A DNA stretch of 49,047 nt from positions 1-49,047 of the forward strand of contig JBBQRQ010000029.1 of assembly GCA_038214755.1 (NCBI GenBank), written 5' to 3'. This document shows positions 9,538 through 19,203 of the stretch, piece after piece. The notes under the pieces were generated by a model. It was not told where the DNA came from, did not search any database, and was given only the letters and a program-made list of their open reading frames with translations. Origin of the DNA: Verrucomicrobiota bacterium. Lineage in GTDB: Bacteria; Verrucomicrobiota; Verrucomicrobiia; Limisphaerales; CANJXF01. The stretch's first letter is position 1, and every line of letters starts with the position of its first letter. A program made the position numbers and the translations under genes.

Positions 9538-11724
9538 ATGAAAAAATACGTTGTCTGTTTGGCGTCAGTTTTTATCAGCGCGCAATTATTTGCGGTTGAC
9601 TCTATCCGTTTCACGGAAAAATTAACAGACAAGTTAGTGAGGTCGGGCGACCCGGATACCGGTTTCGTTTATGAACCTGTCACCACGATCAGCGGAACAT
9701 TTAACGCCAGCATTACCTTCCCTGGCTTCAAGGACGTGACTCGTGAGGAGCTGATAAATAGTAAATTCTCATTTACGGTGGGAGGCGTCGATTTCAGCGC
9801 TACAGGGGACGAAAGAGATCCGAAGTCTCCTTCGAATAGTGCTATCTTTTATCAAACCATCGGAGATCGCCGAGTGGGAACAATCACCTTTTCCAGAAAC
9901 GGCGATGTTCTCACCATATCCGCACAGTCTTCCGATTTGGATGGCGATTCGTTCGCGGCGGAAGGCCATGCGGGTGATACGAATCCACCGAGCGGTCAAA
10001 TCCAAGCGCACATTCAGATCGGAGAGTTGTTCCAAACAACGCGCAACGTTTATTACAAAGGCACCAGCAGCGTGACACATAAGACAGTAGGAAGCGGCGA
10101 CGATGCTCAGGAATTTAATCTCAATTCCGTCACGCTCTCCGGCGAAACTGACACTGCCCTTCCGACGGTATCCATTACGATGCCGAAGGCCAATCAACGA
10201 TGGAGCAACGAAGTGTTTATCGTGCGGGGTAAGGCGGCGGATAATTTCGGCATCCAAAGCGTTTCGCTGTGGGTCAACGAAGTTGACTTGGGGGCGGCGC
10301 AATTCGCGAACGGGAATTGGGAGAAAGAAATTTCACTGGCTCCCGGCACCAACATTATTAAAGCGCAGAGCATCGATCTGGAGGGAAACCACTCTATCAC
10401 CGGCCAGGTGAAAATGATTTATGTGCTGACCGATAATTTGGATCTGTTGGTCGATGCGGGAGGGAAAGTTACCGGCGTCAGTAATCAACAACTTCTCGAA
10501 CTGGGCAAACGCTACAAGGCAACCGCGACGGCCAGTAATACTTTTTTGTTCGCGGGCTGGGAGGGCGATATTACCAGCACGAATCCCGTGCTCAGTTTCT
10601 TGATGGCCACCAACTTGTCTTTGCACGCGAAGTTCATTCCCAATCCATTCCTGCCGTTGATGGGCGTTTACAATGGTCTGTTTTTTCCCGGCAACTCCAG
10701 CGCTGTTCGTTCTGAAATCACGACGGACTCCGTGACTTCCAGCAACGCGGGATTTTTTACAGGCAAGTTGTCGGATCGTGGAATCTGCGACGGCAAAGTG
10801 CTGATCGGCGGGGCGACCCTGCCTTTCAGTCGCGTGCAATTCAGTCTCACGGGTTCCGCGCATTTCACCATCGTGCGTCCCCGCCCTATTCCTGATCTCA
10901 TCATCGATCTGCAACTCGATTTTCAAAACGGCACCAAGACCCTTGTTGGAGCAATTCAGTCGAGCGACAATTCTTTCACTGCGCAATTGTTGGCTGATCT
11001 CGCCGTTGGCAACGCCACTTTCCTCGCCAAGCATACGTTTGTTATTCCAGGCGGCGCGGTGGAGGACACGAACGCACCGGCGGGACACGGCGCGGGAACC
11101 ATCGGCGTGAACAACGTCGGGACGCTGACTCTGGCAGGATCTCTGGCAGATGGCACGCCCATTTCCCAGAGCACGAGCCTGTCGAGTTCCGGCGACTGGC
11201 CGTTGTACGTGTCGTTGCAAGGAGGACGCGGCTTGCTGCTGGGCTGGGCAAATTTCACGACCAATCCGCAACCGTATCATGTTTCCGGCTCGCACATTCG
11301 CTGGATCAAAGCACCCGCGAACACCGCTGCCGACAAATTTTATCGAGCGGGTTTCAATCAGGAAAAAATGTTGCGCGGCGCGAGATACATCGCGCCCCCG
11401 CTGCAAACCAATATTCTTGGTTGGAGCAACGGCGTGGCGCTGATTGATGGCGGAAATCTTCCCGCCACTATCAGCAATCCAGTGACCGTTGCGAACAACA
11501 AAGTCTCGATATTGAGCAACAGCAATACCGTGGTTGTAACTTTGACTCCGGCCACCGGGCTTGTCGCAGGAAGTTTCAAACATGCAAATTTTGGAGCGAC
11601 GCCGCGCACTTTAAAAGGAGTGGTCATTCAATTGCCGGCGGAAAAATCATTTATTGGCGGATGGTTTTTAGGAACCGACCAAAGTGGCTATCTGTTTCTG
11701 CGTCGAGACCCGGAAATTCCTTAG
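9538..11724 (+). CDS. Secreted beta-rich multidomain protein (Ig-like domain, divergent B-repeat, C-terminal unknown domain)
   Basis: Signal peptide; Ig-like DTALPTVSIT..LAPGTNIIKAQSIDLEGN; FAGWEG..L.AKF repeat signature. Confidence 0.7.
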   Translation: MKKYVVCLASVFISAQLFAVDSIRFTEKLTDKLVRSGDPDTGFVYEPVTTISGTFNASITFPGFKDVTREELINSKFSFTVGGVDFSATGDERDPKSPSNSAIFYQTIGDRRVGTITFSRNGDVLTISAQSSDLDGDSFAAEGHAGDTNPPSGQIQAHIQIGELFQTTRNVYYKGTSSVTHKTVGSGDDAQEFNLNSVTLSGETDTALPTVSITMPKANQRWSNEVFIVRGKAADNFGIQSVSLWVNEVDLGAAQFANGNWEKEISLAPGTNIIKAQSIDLEGNHSITGQVKMIYVLTDNLDLLVDAGGKVTGVSNQQLLELGKRYKATATASNTFLFAGWEGDITSTNPVLSFLMATNLSLHAKFIPNPFLPLMGVYNGLFFPGNSSAVRSEITTDSVTSSNAGFFTGKLSDRGICDGKVLIGGATLPFSRVQFSLTGSAHFTIVRPRPIPDLIIDLQLDFQNGTKTLVGAIQSSDNSFTAQLLADLAVGNATFLAKHTFVIPGGAVEDTNAPAGHGAGTIGVNNVGTLTLAGSLADGTPISQSTSLSSSGDWPLYVSLQGGRGLLLGWANFTTNPQPYHVSGSHIRWIKAPANTAADKFYRAGFNQEKMLRGARYIAPPLQTNILGWSNGVALIDGGNLPATISNPVTVANNKVSILSNSNTVVVTLTPATGLVAGSFKHANFGATPRTLKGVVIQLPAEKSFIGGWFLGTDQSGYLFLRRDPEIP

Positions 11725-11773
11725 ACCGGGATTGTTCAGTTTTGAAATGAGTCCTGCCGGTAGCGATTGAGTT

Positions 11774-11797
11774 GGAGCGGAATAAATTCCGCACTCC
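11774..11797. repeat. Single REP arm (same family as 7992)
   Basis: ggagcggaataaattccgcactcc. Confidence 0.7.
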
Positions 11798-11807
11798 GGG
11801 CGTATGC

Positions 11808-12959
11808 CTACCCGGTTCCAAGAATCGTCTGATAGAGGCCGAAAATTTCCTGGGCGTGACGACGCATCGAAAGTTTTTCCCGGAGCGCCAGAGCTTTCTC
11901 CGACATTTTGATTTGCAGTGCGCGATCCGTCAGCGTGCCCAGATGAGCCGCCAGTTCTTCCACCTCCTCGGGTGATTCGAGCACAAACCCGTTCTCGCCC
12001 GGCGTGATACATTCCGCCGAACCATCGAAAGCCGTCGTGACCGCAGGGACGCCGAGCGACATTGCTTCAAGCACCGTCCGCGAACACGGGTCGTAATAAG
12101 TCGGCAACACGCAAACATCCGCGGCCAGATAAAGTTGCCACACGTCTGAGCGCGGCCCCAGAAATTGAACACGACTTTCAATGCCCAACCGACGCGCCAG
12201 TTTTTGGTAGCCAGCCGGGGAATCTTTTCCGGCCACCAGCAGATGCCAGTTTTCCGCAGGCGGTTTGGCCAGCGCCTCCAAAAGTTTGGACAAACCTTTC
12301 CTCCGAAAATTGTGTCCGGCAAAAAGCGCCACCGAATCGCTTTGGCTCAAGCCGGATTCCAACCGAATTTTTTCGCGAATGATTTGCCGCTCGGTCGGAG
12401 TGGGCAAAGCGATGGTGACGCCATTGAAAACGTCTCGAAGTTTTTCGCGGGGCAATTGATAGGACTCCTCCAGTTGGCGTCGCATAAAATGGCTGAGCGC
12501 CGCGACCATCGGCGGATTTTCGCGCGAGAGAAGTTGATGCTCTAATTTTTGGAGAAGCCGCTGTTTGGAATTCAGGGCGGCGCCGATTTTCCGGAGGGAG
12601 CGCGTGACCCAATTTCTTCTCGCGGCCACGGTTTGATGCAAGGCCTGGCGAGTGATTCCGCTGCGCGGCTGATACAAATTGCAATCGAGGCACGGGGTCA
12701 CGGCATGAACGACATCCCATTTTTGCAGACGTAAAAATTTTTCCGCGTCTTCCACAAAATTTTTGTATCGCGCGGTCCGCCCGACACCGTGAATTCCCAA
12801 TTGATGGACGGGCGCGCTGGAAAACTTGGGCGAAACAGTTTGGGTCACCACCTGCATTTCCGGGCCGAGCAACACCATGTCGTCGAGGAATTCCGTTGCC
12901 GAAGTTTCCATCCCACCTCTGCTCGACTCCAGCCGCTCGATTAAAAATGCGACTTTCAT
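11808..12959 (-). CDS. Glycosyltransferase family 4 (WaaG/RfaG-like, LPS core)
   Basis: GGME, NFRRKG, PTYYDPCSRTVLEAMSLGVP; overlaps the upstream kinase gene by 4 nt. Confidence 0.88.
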   Translation of the reverse strand: MKVAFLIERLESSRGGMETSATEFLDDMVLLGPEMQVVTQTVSPKFSSAPVHQLGIHGVGRTARYKNFVEDAEKFLRLQKWDVVHAVTPCLDCNLYQPRSGITRQALHQTVAARRNWVTRSLRKIGAALNSKQRLLQKLEHQLLSRENPPMVAALSHFMRRQLEESYQLPREKLRDVFNGVTIALPTPTERQIIREKIRLESGLSQSDSVALFAGHNFRRKGLSKLLEALAKPPAENWHLLVAGKDSPAGYQKLARRLGIESRVQFLGPRSDVWQLYLAADVCVLPTYYDPCSRTVLEAMSLGVPAVTTAFDGSAECITPGENGFVLESPEEVEELAAHLGTLTDRALQIKMSEKALALREKLSMRRHAQEIFGLYQTILGTG

Positions 12960-13819
12960 TGCGACCCGACCTTTCGATCATGCCGCGAAATGGCCTGAGT
13001 CTTTTTTATAATTTTTCGCACGAGAATTTTTTGTGACTCGTTCAATTTGTCGCAGCCGAAATAGTGTCGGACAAAACGCAATCGGTCGGCGCGGGAAAAT
13101 ATTTCTGAGGAGGCGGAATAATTCAACTGCGCCAAATCCTTGATCCGCCAGCGTTCTTTTCTCCAGCGTGGCCGAAAGACACGGGCCAAATCGATCAAGG
13201 TCAGTGGCGGGACCCTGTCCACGTTGGAAATAAAAATGTGGCAAAGATAAAAATCGCGATGCCGCCAGCCGTGATCGTGGAACTTGCGGGCGAAGGTCGC
13301 AACGGCCTGGAGAATTTTTAGTTTCTCGCTCAGCGGAATTTGTTTTTTCCCGCGAAAGAAATTTTCCAGTGAGTCTCCAGGAACCGCCGCCGTGACCACA
13401 AAACTTTTTTGGGTTGTTACCCGATTCCCAGAACGGCCGTGTGCGACCGGCGCGCTGGCGGCAATGCCTTCCCGACTTAAGGCTAGCGCGACATTCACTT
13501 CGCGTTCGGCGGGACTGGTTCGTTTTGCGTCTTCCCACCAACGACTCAACAGGGCGCTGAGCGTTTCACCTTCGTAACGTTTCAAATAAAAATGTTGCTG
13601 TGAGAGCGAGAGACGGGCGCGATAGCGGTTGCCCAATCCCGGTTTGGAGAGCGGCTCGCCCACCACAGAAAAAAAATCATCCGCCGTCTCCAATTTCGAC
13701 TGGCGAAAAAGCTCGATCCATTTTTTTTGGAGAAACGCGATGTTTTTTCCCGGCAAGCGTACCCAGGAAGACTCCTCCACTGATTCTGCTTTCGAACTGA
13801 GTTGGCTGGAGAAATTCAT
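12956..13819 (-). CDS. Lipopolysaccharide heptose kinase (WaaP/Kdo kinase family)
   Basis: YLKR, HRDFYLCH, LIDL, KDLAQL. Confidence 0.85.
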   Translation of the reverse strand: MNFSSQLSSKAESVEESSWVRLPGKNIAFLQKKWIELFRQSKLETADDFFSVVGEPLSKPGLGNRYRARLSLSQQHFYLKRYEGETLSALLSRWWEDAKRTSPAEREVNVALALSREGIAASAPVAHGRSGNRVTTQKSFVVTAAVPGDSLENFFRGKKQIPLSEKLKILQAVATFARKFHDHGWRHRDFYLCHIFISNVDRVPPLTLIDLARVFRPRWRKERWRIKDLAQLNYSASSEIFSRADRLRFVRHYFGCDKLNESQKILVRKIIKKTQAISRHDRKVGSQ

Positions 13820-15432
13820 CGCTCGCTCCGCAATTTTTCCGAAATCTGATTCGCTAACTCACGAACGGAAACGGGCTGCTCGCGTTGCTGGCAATATCGT
13901 TTCAAAAAACGCCATGGCGCAGAACCTAATTTTTTTTGATGCACCGAAATCCCTCGGGCAAGCCGGGCGAGATCATCAGCGGCGCGGTTTTGGTTTACCC
14001 GTCGGAATCTGCCCAAGCCATCGAGATCGATCAAAAACGGCTTCAAGTTGCCGTCGAGCAGAATGTTCGTTGGTTTCAAATCGCGATGAGAAAAGCCTTG
14101 GTCGTGCATCCGCGCCAGCAAATCCGCGAGTGGAACGATCAACGAAATGGGAGGCGAATGACCGGATAGAAATCCGGCCAGCGTTTGCGCATTTGGGATT
14201 TGTTCTGTGATTAAATAGGCCGTCTGCGGCCAGCGAAAATGTCGCGCGTCTCCCGCAGCAAAGGCGCGTGGAGTGGAGATTCCCTGTTGTTCCAACATCA
14301 ACCCGCGGCGCAAAGCACGGGTGGCGCGGGAGGATCGAAAGCTGTCCCGCACTCGGTGGTGGGACTTGGAGTAATTCAAACGGCGAAGGACCAGAGCGGG
14401 TTCATCGCCGACGGCGGGGACGCGGGTGACGGTGACAACACGGGAGTTTTTGAAATAGAGCGCTGGATTTTTCAGGAACGATTCCGGATCTTTGATCACC
14501 GTTAAAATCTTTTGGTGCAGTGCGCCTGGTCGAATTTGCCAGCGAATCTTTCCGGATTTTAAAAACCAGGTAGCACTCGATCTCCTGGGAGGAGCGGCAA
14601 ATTTTTTTGTCAGGAGGGAGAGTAGAACGCGGGGCCGTACTGTTTCTTTTTGGATCCGGCAATATTGCGCGACGAACCAAAGTTTTTCTCGCGCCGACAT
14701 GGGGATGCGTCGGAACAGCGGGACAAAATCGCGGACAATTTTTTCTATGGAAAATTTTCGACGCCAACGAAGGCCATCCAAATCGATCAACACGATTCGA
14801 AACATTTGGGTCACATCTTCCTGAACGAAAAAATTGGAAAGCGTCGGGTCGGTATGGGAAAGACCCTCGTTGTGCAAACGCGCGATGACGTCGGCAAGGC
14901 GGCGGACGACGATTCGGTTTTCGCGCGCGGTAAATTTTCCACCACGAAACTCGCGTAACGAGCGGGCGTTCGGGACTTCTTCGGTCACGAGATAAGATTC
15001 AACTCGGCCGTGAGACCAACGTTTGCTCGCAGCAATAGGCGTCGCGGTTGGAATATTTCTGGCGAGTAAAATGAATGCTTTTTCAAATGCAGAAAAAGCG
15101 GCGGCGCTGCGTAATCTCTCCTTCAGGGAATGCAAAAAATTTAGGGATCGGTAGCGTTTGACGATCAGGGGGACTGAATGGCACTGCGGCAAATTGAGTC
15201 GTGCAACGAAAGTGTTTCGCGGTCGGTTGTCTAATCGGATCGGTTCCGCCAGGCGCAAATTTTCTGATTCCAGACAGTGGAGGAATTTCAGATTGTTGAA
15301 CTCCGGATGGATTCGCCACACGAATTTTCCGACAGAGATTGAAATCCATTTGGGCGGGTCATCCGGCAAATCTCTGGCAAGCATCGACGTTTTACCTAGC
15401 GGAATTTTTTCGGCAGCGAAAGATTTAATCAT
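13816..15432 (-). CDS. Tandem two-domain LPS kinase (Kdo/WaaP/InaA family)
   Basis: Two kinase cores: HTDPTLSN..LIDLDG and HRDLKPTN..LIDLDG; start placed at ATG 15432 (uncertain). Confidence 0.8.
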   Translation of the reverse strand: MIKSFAAEKIPLGKTSMLARDLPDDPPKWISISVGKFVWRIHPEFNNLKFLHCLESENLRLAEPIRLDNRPRNTFVARLNLPQCHSVPLIVKRYRSLNFLHSLKERLRSAAAFSAFEKAFILLARNIPTATPIAASKRWSHGRVESYLVTEEVPNARSLREFRGGKFTARENRIVVRRLADVIARLHNEGLSHTDPTLSNFFVQEDVTQMFRIVLIDLDGLRWRRKFSIEKIVRDFVPLFRRIPMSAREKLWFVAQYCRIQKETVRPRVLLSLLTKKFAAPPRRSSATWFLKSGKIRWQIRPGALHQKILTVIKDPESFLKNPALYFKNSRVVTVTRVPAVGDEPALVLRRLNYSKSHHRVRDSFRSSRATRALRRGLMLEQQGISTPRAFAAGDARHFRWPQTAYLITEQIPNAQTLAGFLSGHSPPISLIVPLADLLARMHDQGFSHRDLKPTNILLDGNLKPFLIDLDGLGRFRRVNQNRAADDLARLARGISVHQKKLGSAPWRFLKRYCQQREQPVSVRELANQISEKLRSER

Positions 15433-15547
15433 TGAAGCAACGCCTTGGCCGCGATGATTTCCAATCCACAGACGTTGGAATGTTCCAAGCCACCCGGAAA
15501 AAAAACAGACGCACCCGCCAGAGGCAGATGCTACCCCCGGAACAGTC

Positions 15548-15982
15548 CTACACATCAATCACTGGACCACCGCCGTCATCTCGTGGCGGAGTTGGTGGCG
15601 GAGATTTTCCGCGCCGCACGGAAACGCGCGAGTCGCCCGTCCCCGTCAGCGAATTCAAGACCAATGAGACAATGCTGATGACGAGCGCGCCGAAAAAAGC
15701 GGGGCCGAATCCCGCCACCTGAAAATGTGATTCGCCCAAAAGTTTGCTGACGAGCAAAAGCAAAAAGGCATTGATGACGAACATAAAAAGTCCGAGCGTA
15801 AAAATCAGCAGCGGCAAAGAAAGCAGCAGAAGCAACGGACGCAAAATCGCGTTGAGAATTCCGAGAACCAGCGCCGCTACCACCAGGTCAACTGGTTTAT
15901 CGTAACTGATTCCTGGAACAACGTAGGTGGCGACTAACACGGCCAGCGTGTTGATCAACCAACGTTGGAAAAACGATTTCAT
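15548..15982 (-). CDS. YvlD/DUF360-type four-TM membrane protein (often annotated phage holin family)
   Basis: LGILNAILRP..LP..TLGLF..VINA motif; start at MKSFFQRW. Confidence 0.85.
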   Translation of the reverse strand: MKSFFQRWLINTLAVLVATYVVPGISYDKPVDLVVAALVLGILNAILRPLLLLLSLPLLIFTLGLFMFVINAFLLLLVSKLLGESHFQVAGFGPAFFGALVISIVSLVLNSLTGTGDSRVSVRRGKSPPPTPPRDDGGGPVIDV

Positions 15983-16067
15983 CGCGCCAAACATCACGCA
16001 GCGATTCGCCAAAAACAAGATTGGAAAATCGTCGGCCACAACATGGATACAGCATCCGCAAAGGGTC

Positions 16068-16164
16068 GGAGCGCGGAATTTATTCCGCTTCGACTCGAAC
16101 GCGACTCGCCATCGCCGCAGACTAACCGCTGTGTGGAGGGGAAGCGGACTGGAGTCCGCGCTTC
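16068..16164. repeat. REPIN-like pair (GGAG-type)
   Basis: ggagcgcggaatttattccgcttc ... gaagcggactggagtccgcgcttc. Confidence 0.75.
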
Positions 16165-16170
16165 TTCGCG

Positions 16171-17145
16171 TCAGTCCGCTTCAACGCGCAAAAATGAACA
16201 GGCGTTTTCTCCCAGCACGCTAACGTTTTCCAAACTGGCCGGTACCAAACAAAATTGTCCCGCCCGCAATGTGAGCCTGGTTTGCTGGTGCTGAATTGAC
16301 AATGTGCCTTCGAGCACGCCGATGATTTGCATCTTGCGCGGTGGCATTTGGAAAATCTTGCTCGGACCCATCTCAATAAAATTCACGGCGAATAAAGAAT
16401 CCCGCACTAATTCGCGGCATTTCATTCCATTTTGTTCGACGACTTTGGCGAAAACTAAACTTGGCTCGATGTCGCTGAAATCGATGCTGGCCAGAGATTG
16501 ATCGATGTGCAGTTCGCGCGGTCGCCCTTGCGCATCGGCGCGGTTCCAATCGAAGACGCGATAAGTGGTGTCGGAGTTTTGTTGGATTTCGAAAATAACA
16601 TTACCAGCGCCGAGCGCGTGGACGCGTCCGCTCGGAAGAAACATCACGTCTCCTTTTTTTACGGCGATACGATGAAAACATTCGGCGACGGTTTCCTCCT
16701 GAATCCGCTTTTCAAACTCATCACGAGTCGTTCCGTGTTTTAATCCGACAAACAAATCAGCCTCAGCGGCCGCATGGGACACGTACCACATTTCAGTTTT
16801 TGGCTCGCCGCCGAGTTGCGCGGCTTTGGCGGCGGGCGGATGGACTTGCAGCGAAAGTTTTTCCTGCGCGTCGAGAATTTTAATCAGCAGTGGAAAACGT
16901 CCTGATGCCGCCGGCTTCGCAGCGCCAAGCAATTCCGCTCGATGATTTTCCATGAGCCAACGAATCGATTTTCCAGCAAGCGGCCCATTGGCGATCACGC
17001 TTTCATCACCGGGCCGATCTGAAATCTCCCAGGATTCGCCGATGGGAATTTTCGGCGGCAAATTTTTTTGATAAAGCCTCTCCAGATTTCGCCCGCCCCA
17101 AATCCGCTCCTTGAAAATGGGTTGGAAGGTAAAAGGATAAAGCAT
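16171..17145 (-). CDS. manA: Class I mannose-6-phosphate isomerase
   Basis: RIWGG, GESWE, FPLLIKILDA..LSLQVHP, KTEMWY, VHA, EIQQNSDTTYR. Confidence 0.9.
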   Translation of the reverse strand: MLYPFTFQPIFKERIWGGRNLERLYQKNLPPKIPIGESWEISDRPGDESVIANGPLAGKSIRWLMENHRAELLGAAKPAASGRFPLLIKILDAQEKLSLQVHPPAAKAAQLGGEPKTEMWYVSHAAAEADLFVGLKHGTTRDEFEKRIQEETVAECFHRIAVKKGDVMFLPSGRVHALGAGNVIFEIQQNSDTTYRVFDWNRADAQGRPRELHIDQSLASIDFSDIEPSLVFAKVVEQNGMKCRELVRDSLFAVNFIEMGPSKIFQMPPRKMQIIGVLEGTLSIQHQQTRLTLRAGQFCLVPASLENVSVLGENACSFLRVEAD

Positions 17146-17189
17146 TTTGATTTCGCGTTTCTAATTTTTAATCCTGATCTGGCACTCGA

Positions 17190-17301
17190 CGTAGCGCAGC
17201 TTTGCAAGCGCTGCCGTATCGCCGGTTTGCCACCGGCAGGGCCTTGGAATTTTTAGCGGGTTGCAAACCCGCGATACAGCAGGGTAAAAACCTGCGCTAC
17301 G
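17190..17301. repeat. REPIN-like element with two hairpins per arm (GTAG-type)
   Basis: cGTAGcgcagc..gtatcgccggtttgccaccggc ... gcgggttgcaaacccgcgatacagcagggtaaaaacctgcgCTACg; same family as 35757-35910. Confidence 0.8.
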
Positions 17302-17401
17302 ACTTTTCGGACTTGGAAACATGGGCAAAGTTACGCTCAAACTCAATTGCGAAAGCGCTGTAAAAATTTAGCGGTTCTGCCAGAGTCAATTCATGGCGTT
17401 G

Positions 17402-17866
17402 ATGCGAATACTGGTGGACGGCTACAGCTTGCTGCATAGTTGGCCGGAACTGGCGCCGGGCAAACCACGACACTCCGCGGCGGCGCGCGATGAGTTGATT
17501 TCTCTGCTCACGCTTTATCGCGATGCGATTGGCACCCCGATCACCGTCGTGTTCGACGGAGGAGGCGCGCCGCATGGAACGCCGGGCGCGCTGTCCACCC
17601 CGGAAATGGACATTCTTTATTCACGCGCGGGACAGACGGCGGATGACATCATCGAGCGCGTGACGCATCGCATGAGTTCTCTCGGTGAAGTGCTGGCGGT
17701 GACGGATGACTTTGCCGAACGGGACACGGTCATCGCGCTAGGCGGGATGGCGTCGAGTTGTTTGAGTTTTATTCGGACGGTTGAAAGCACCCTGAACGAA
17801 CAGGCGCAAGACATAAAAAAATATAACCGTCGCGAGCGGAATAAATTTAAACATCAATCCTCATGA
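17402..17866 (+). CDS. NYN-domain protein (YacP/Rae1-like ribonuclease)
   Basis: ILVDGYSL, VVFDG, TADDIIE, AVTDD. Confidence 0.85.
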   Translation: MRILVDGYSLLHSWPELAPGKPRHSAAARDELISLLTLYRDAIGTPITVVFDGGGAPHGTPGALSTPEMDILYSRAGQTADDIIERVTHRMSSLGEVLAVTDDFAERDTVIALGGMASSCLSFIRTVESTLNEQAQDIKKYNRRERNKFKHQSS

Positions 17867-19122
17867 AAAAATTTCTCCTGTTGCTTTTGCTCATTGGAAG
17901 ACTCGAGCCAGTCACGGCGGACGAAGCGATTTCGCCGCGCGCCGAGAATCGTTTTTTATTTGTCGTGGAAACGTCGTCCGCAATGACCCGCTTTTCCAAA
18001 GCAACAAAAGAAACCGTGGCGTCGCTGATTGAGTCGGGCGTGCAAGGTCAGGTGCGTCCCGGCGATACATTTGGGTTATGGGTCTTCAATGAAAGGCTCA
18101 ACGCAACGTTTCAGATGCAGCGATGGTCGGCCGACGAAAATAAAAATCTGGCGGCGGGTGTATCCGATTTCTTAACGAAGGTCCGCCTGGAAAAGAAAGG
18201 AGATTTGCGGGTTGTGTTGTCGCCGCTCGAACCACTGGTGACAGCTTCGCGCGCGCTGACCGTGATTTTAATTTCCAGTGGCGACCAGCCGATTCGTGGC
18301 ACGCCTTTCGATGAAGAAATCAACGCGATTTATCCGCTCTACGCTCGCGAATTTCGGAACGCGAAAACGCCGTTCGTGACAATTCTCGTCGCCCGAAATG
18401 GAAAATGGGCGGCTTATTCCGTCAATTCTTCCCGTGGGCCGCTGCAAATTCCGAACCCGCCTTTGCCGCCGGTGGTCAATGTGGCCGATACGAAAACCAG
18501 CGCTCAGAAAACTAATTCGCCAAAAGTGGCAACAAACGCGGTCGCGCCCAAACGTTACGCCAAAGAAAATATCATTATGACCAAGCCGGTGGTGACGAAA
18601 TCGTCCGTGACCAATGCGACCATCACCACCAATCCCACGGCACAAGCGGCCGTCGAAAAAACAAATGAAGATAAAATAATCGAGACGACAAACATCCTTT
18701 CCGCGCCAGCGCCAATTCGTCAAGACGCGCCATTGATCACCGCGTCAAAGACTTCAGCGCCGATTTTAACGCAGCCTTCCCTCACCCTCTCGAGTAATCC
18801 GGGACAATTTCCACCCGAGACCCAGCACGTCCTTTCAGTCGTGAAAAATTTACCAAGGCCGGGCTATGGAATCCCGCCGACGTCGAGCACGAACACCGCG
18901 ACGCTCGAACCGACTCCAACTGAAATAAACCAAACATCAACGGCACCGGTTGCGCCGGTTGTGATAGGATCCGCCCAGCTTTCCAGCCCGCGTAAATTTT
19001 TCATCGCGGGCCTTGGGTTGCTTCTGCTCGCGGGGATTCTCGTCTTTTTTATCGTCCGAAATTCACGGACAAAATCCGAGTCCAGCTTGATTTCGCGCTC
19101 CATGAATCAGCGCGGTCGGTGA
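17863..19122 (+). CDS. Exported membrane-anchored protein: vWA-like domain, Pro/Thr-rich stalk, C-terminal TM
   Basis: Signal peptide; FLFVVETSSAM (degenerate MIDAS); VILISSG; C-terminal hydrophobic helix; ATGA overlap with the NYN gene. Confidence 0.65.
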   Translation: MKKFLLLLLLIGRLEPVTADEAISPRAENRFLFVVETSSAMTRFSKATKETVASLIESGVQGQVRPGDTFGLWVFNERLNATFQMQRWSADENKNLAAGVSDFLTKVRLEKKGDLRVVLSPLEPLVTASRALTVILISSGDQPIRGTPFDEEINAIYPLYAREFRNAKTPFVTILVARNGKWAAYSVNSSRGPLQIPNPPLPPVVNVADTKTSAQKTNSPKVATNAVAPKRYAKENIIMTKPVVTKSSVTNATITTNPTAQAAVEKTNEDKIIETTNILSAPAPIRQDAPLITASKTSAPILTQPSLTLSSNPGQFPPETQHVLSVVKNLPRPGYGIPPTSSTNTATLEPTPTEINQTSTAPVAPVVIGSAQLSSPRKFFIAGLGLLLLAGILVFFIVRNSRTKSESSLISRSMNQRGR

Positions 19123-19203
19123 CGAAGTTTTGTTGCATATGCAACAAAAGGTGGGACGTGCAGATCAGGCTTCCAATCGCGAATAAGTGCGACCCTTTAT
19201 CCG

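Noticed and set aside
15548..15982. Prophage suggested by a holin-family gene
   Set aside because: YvlD/DUF360 proteins are common chromosomal genes; no phage genes nearby
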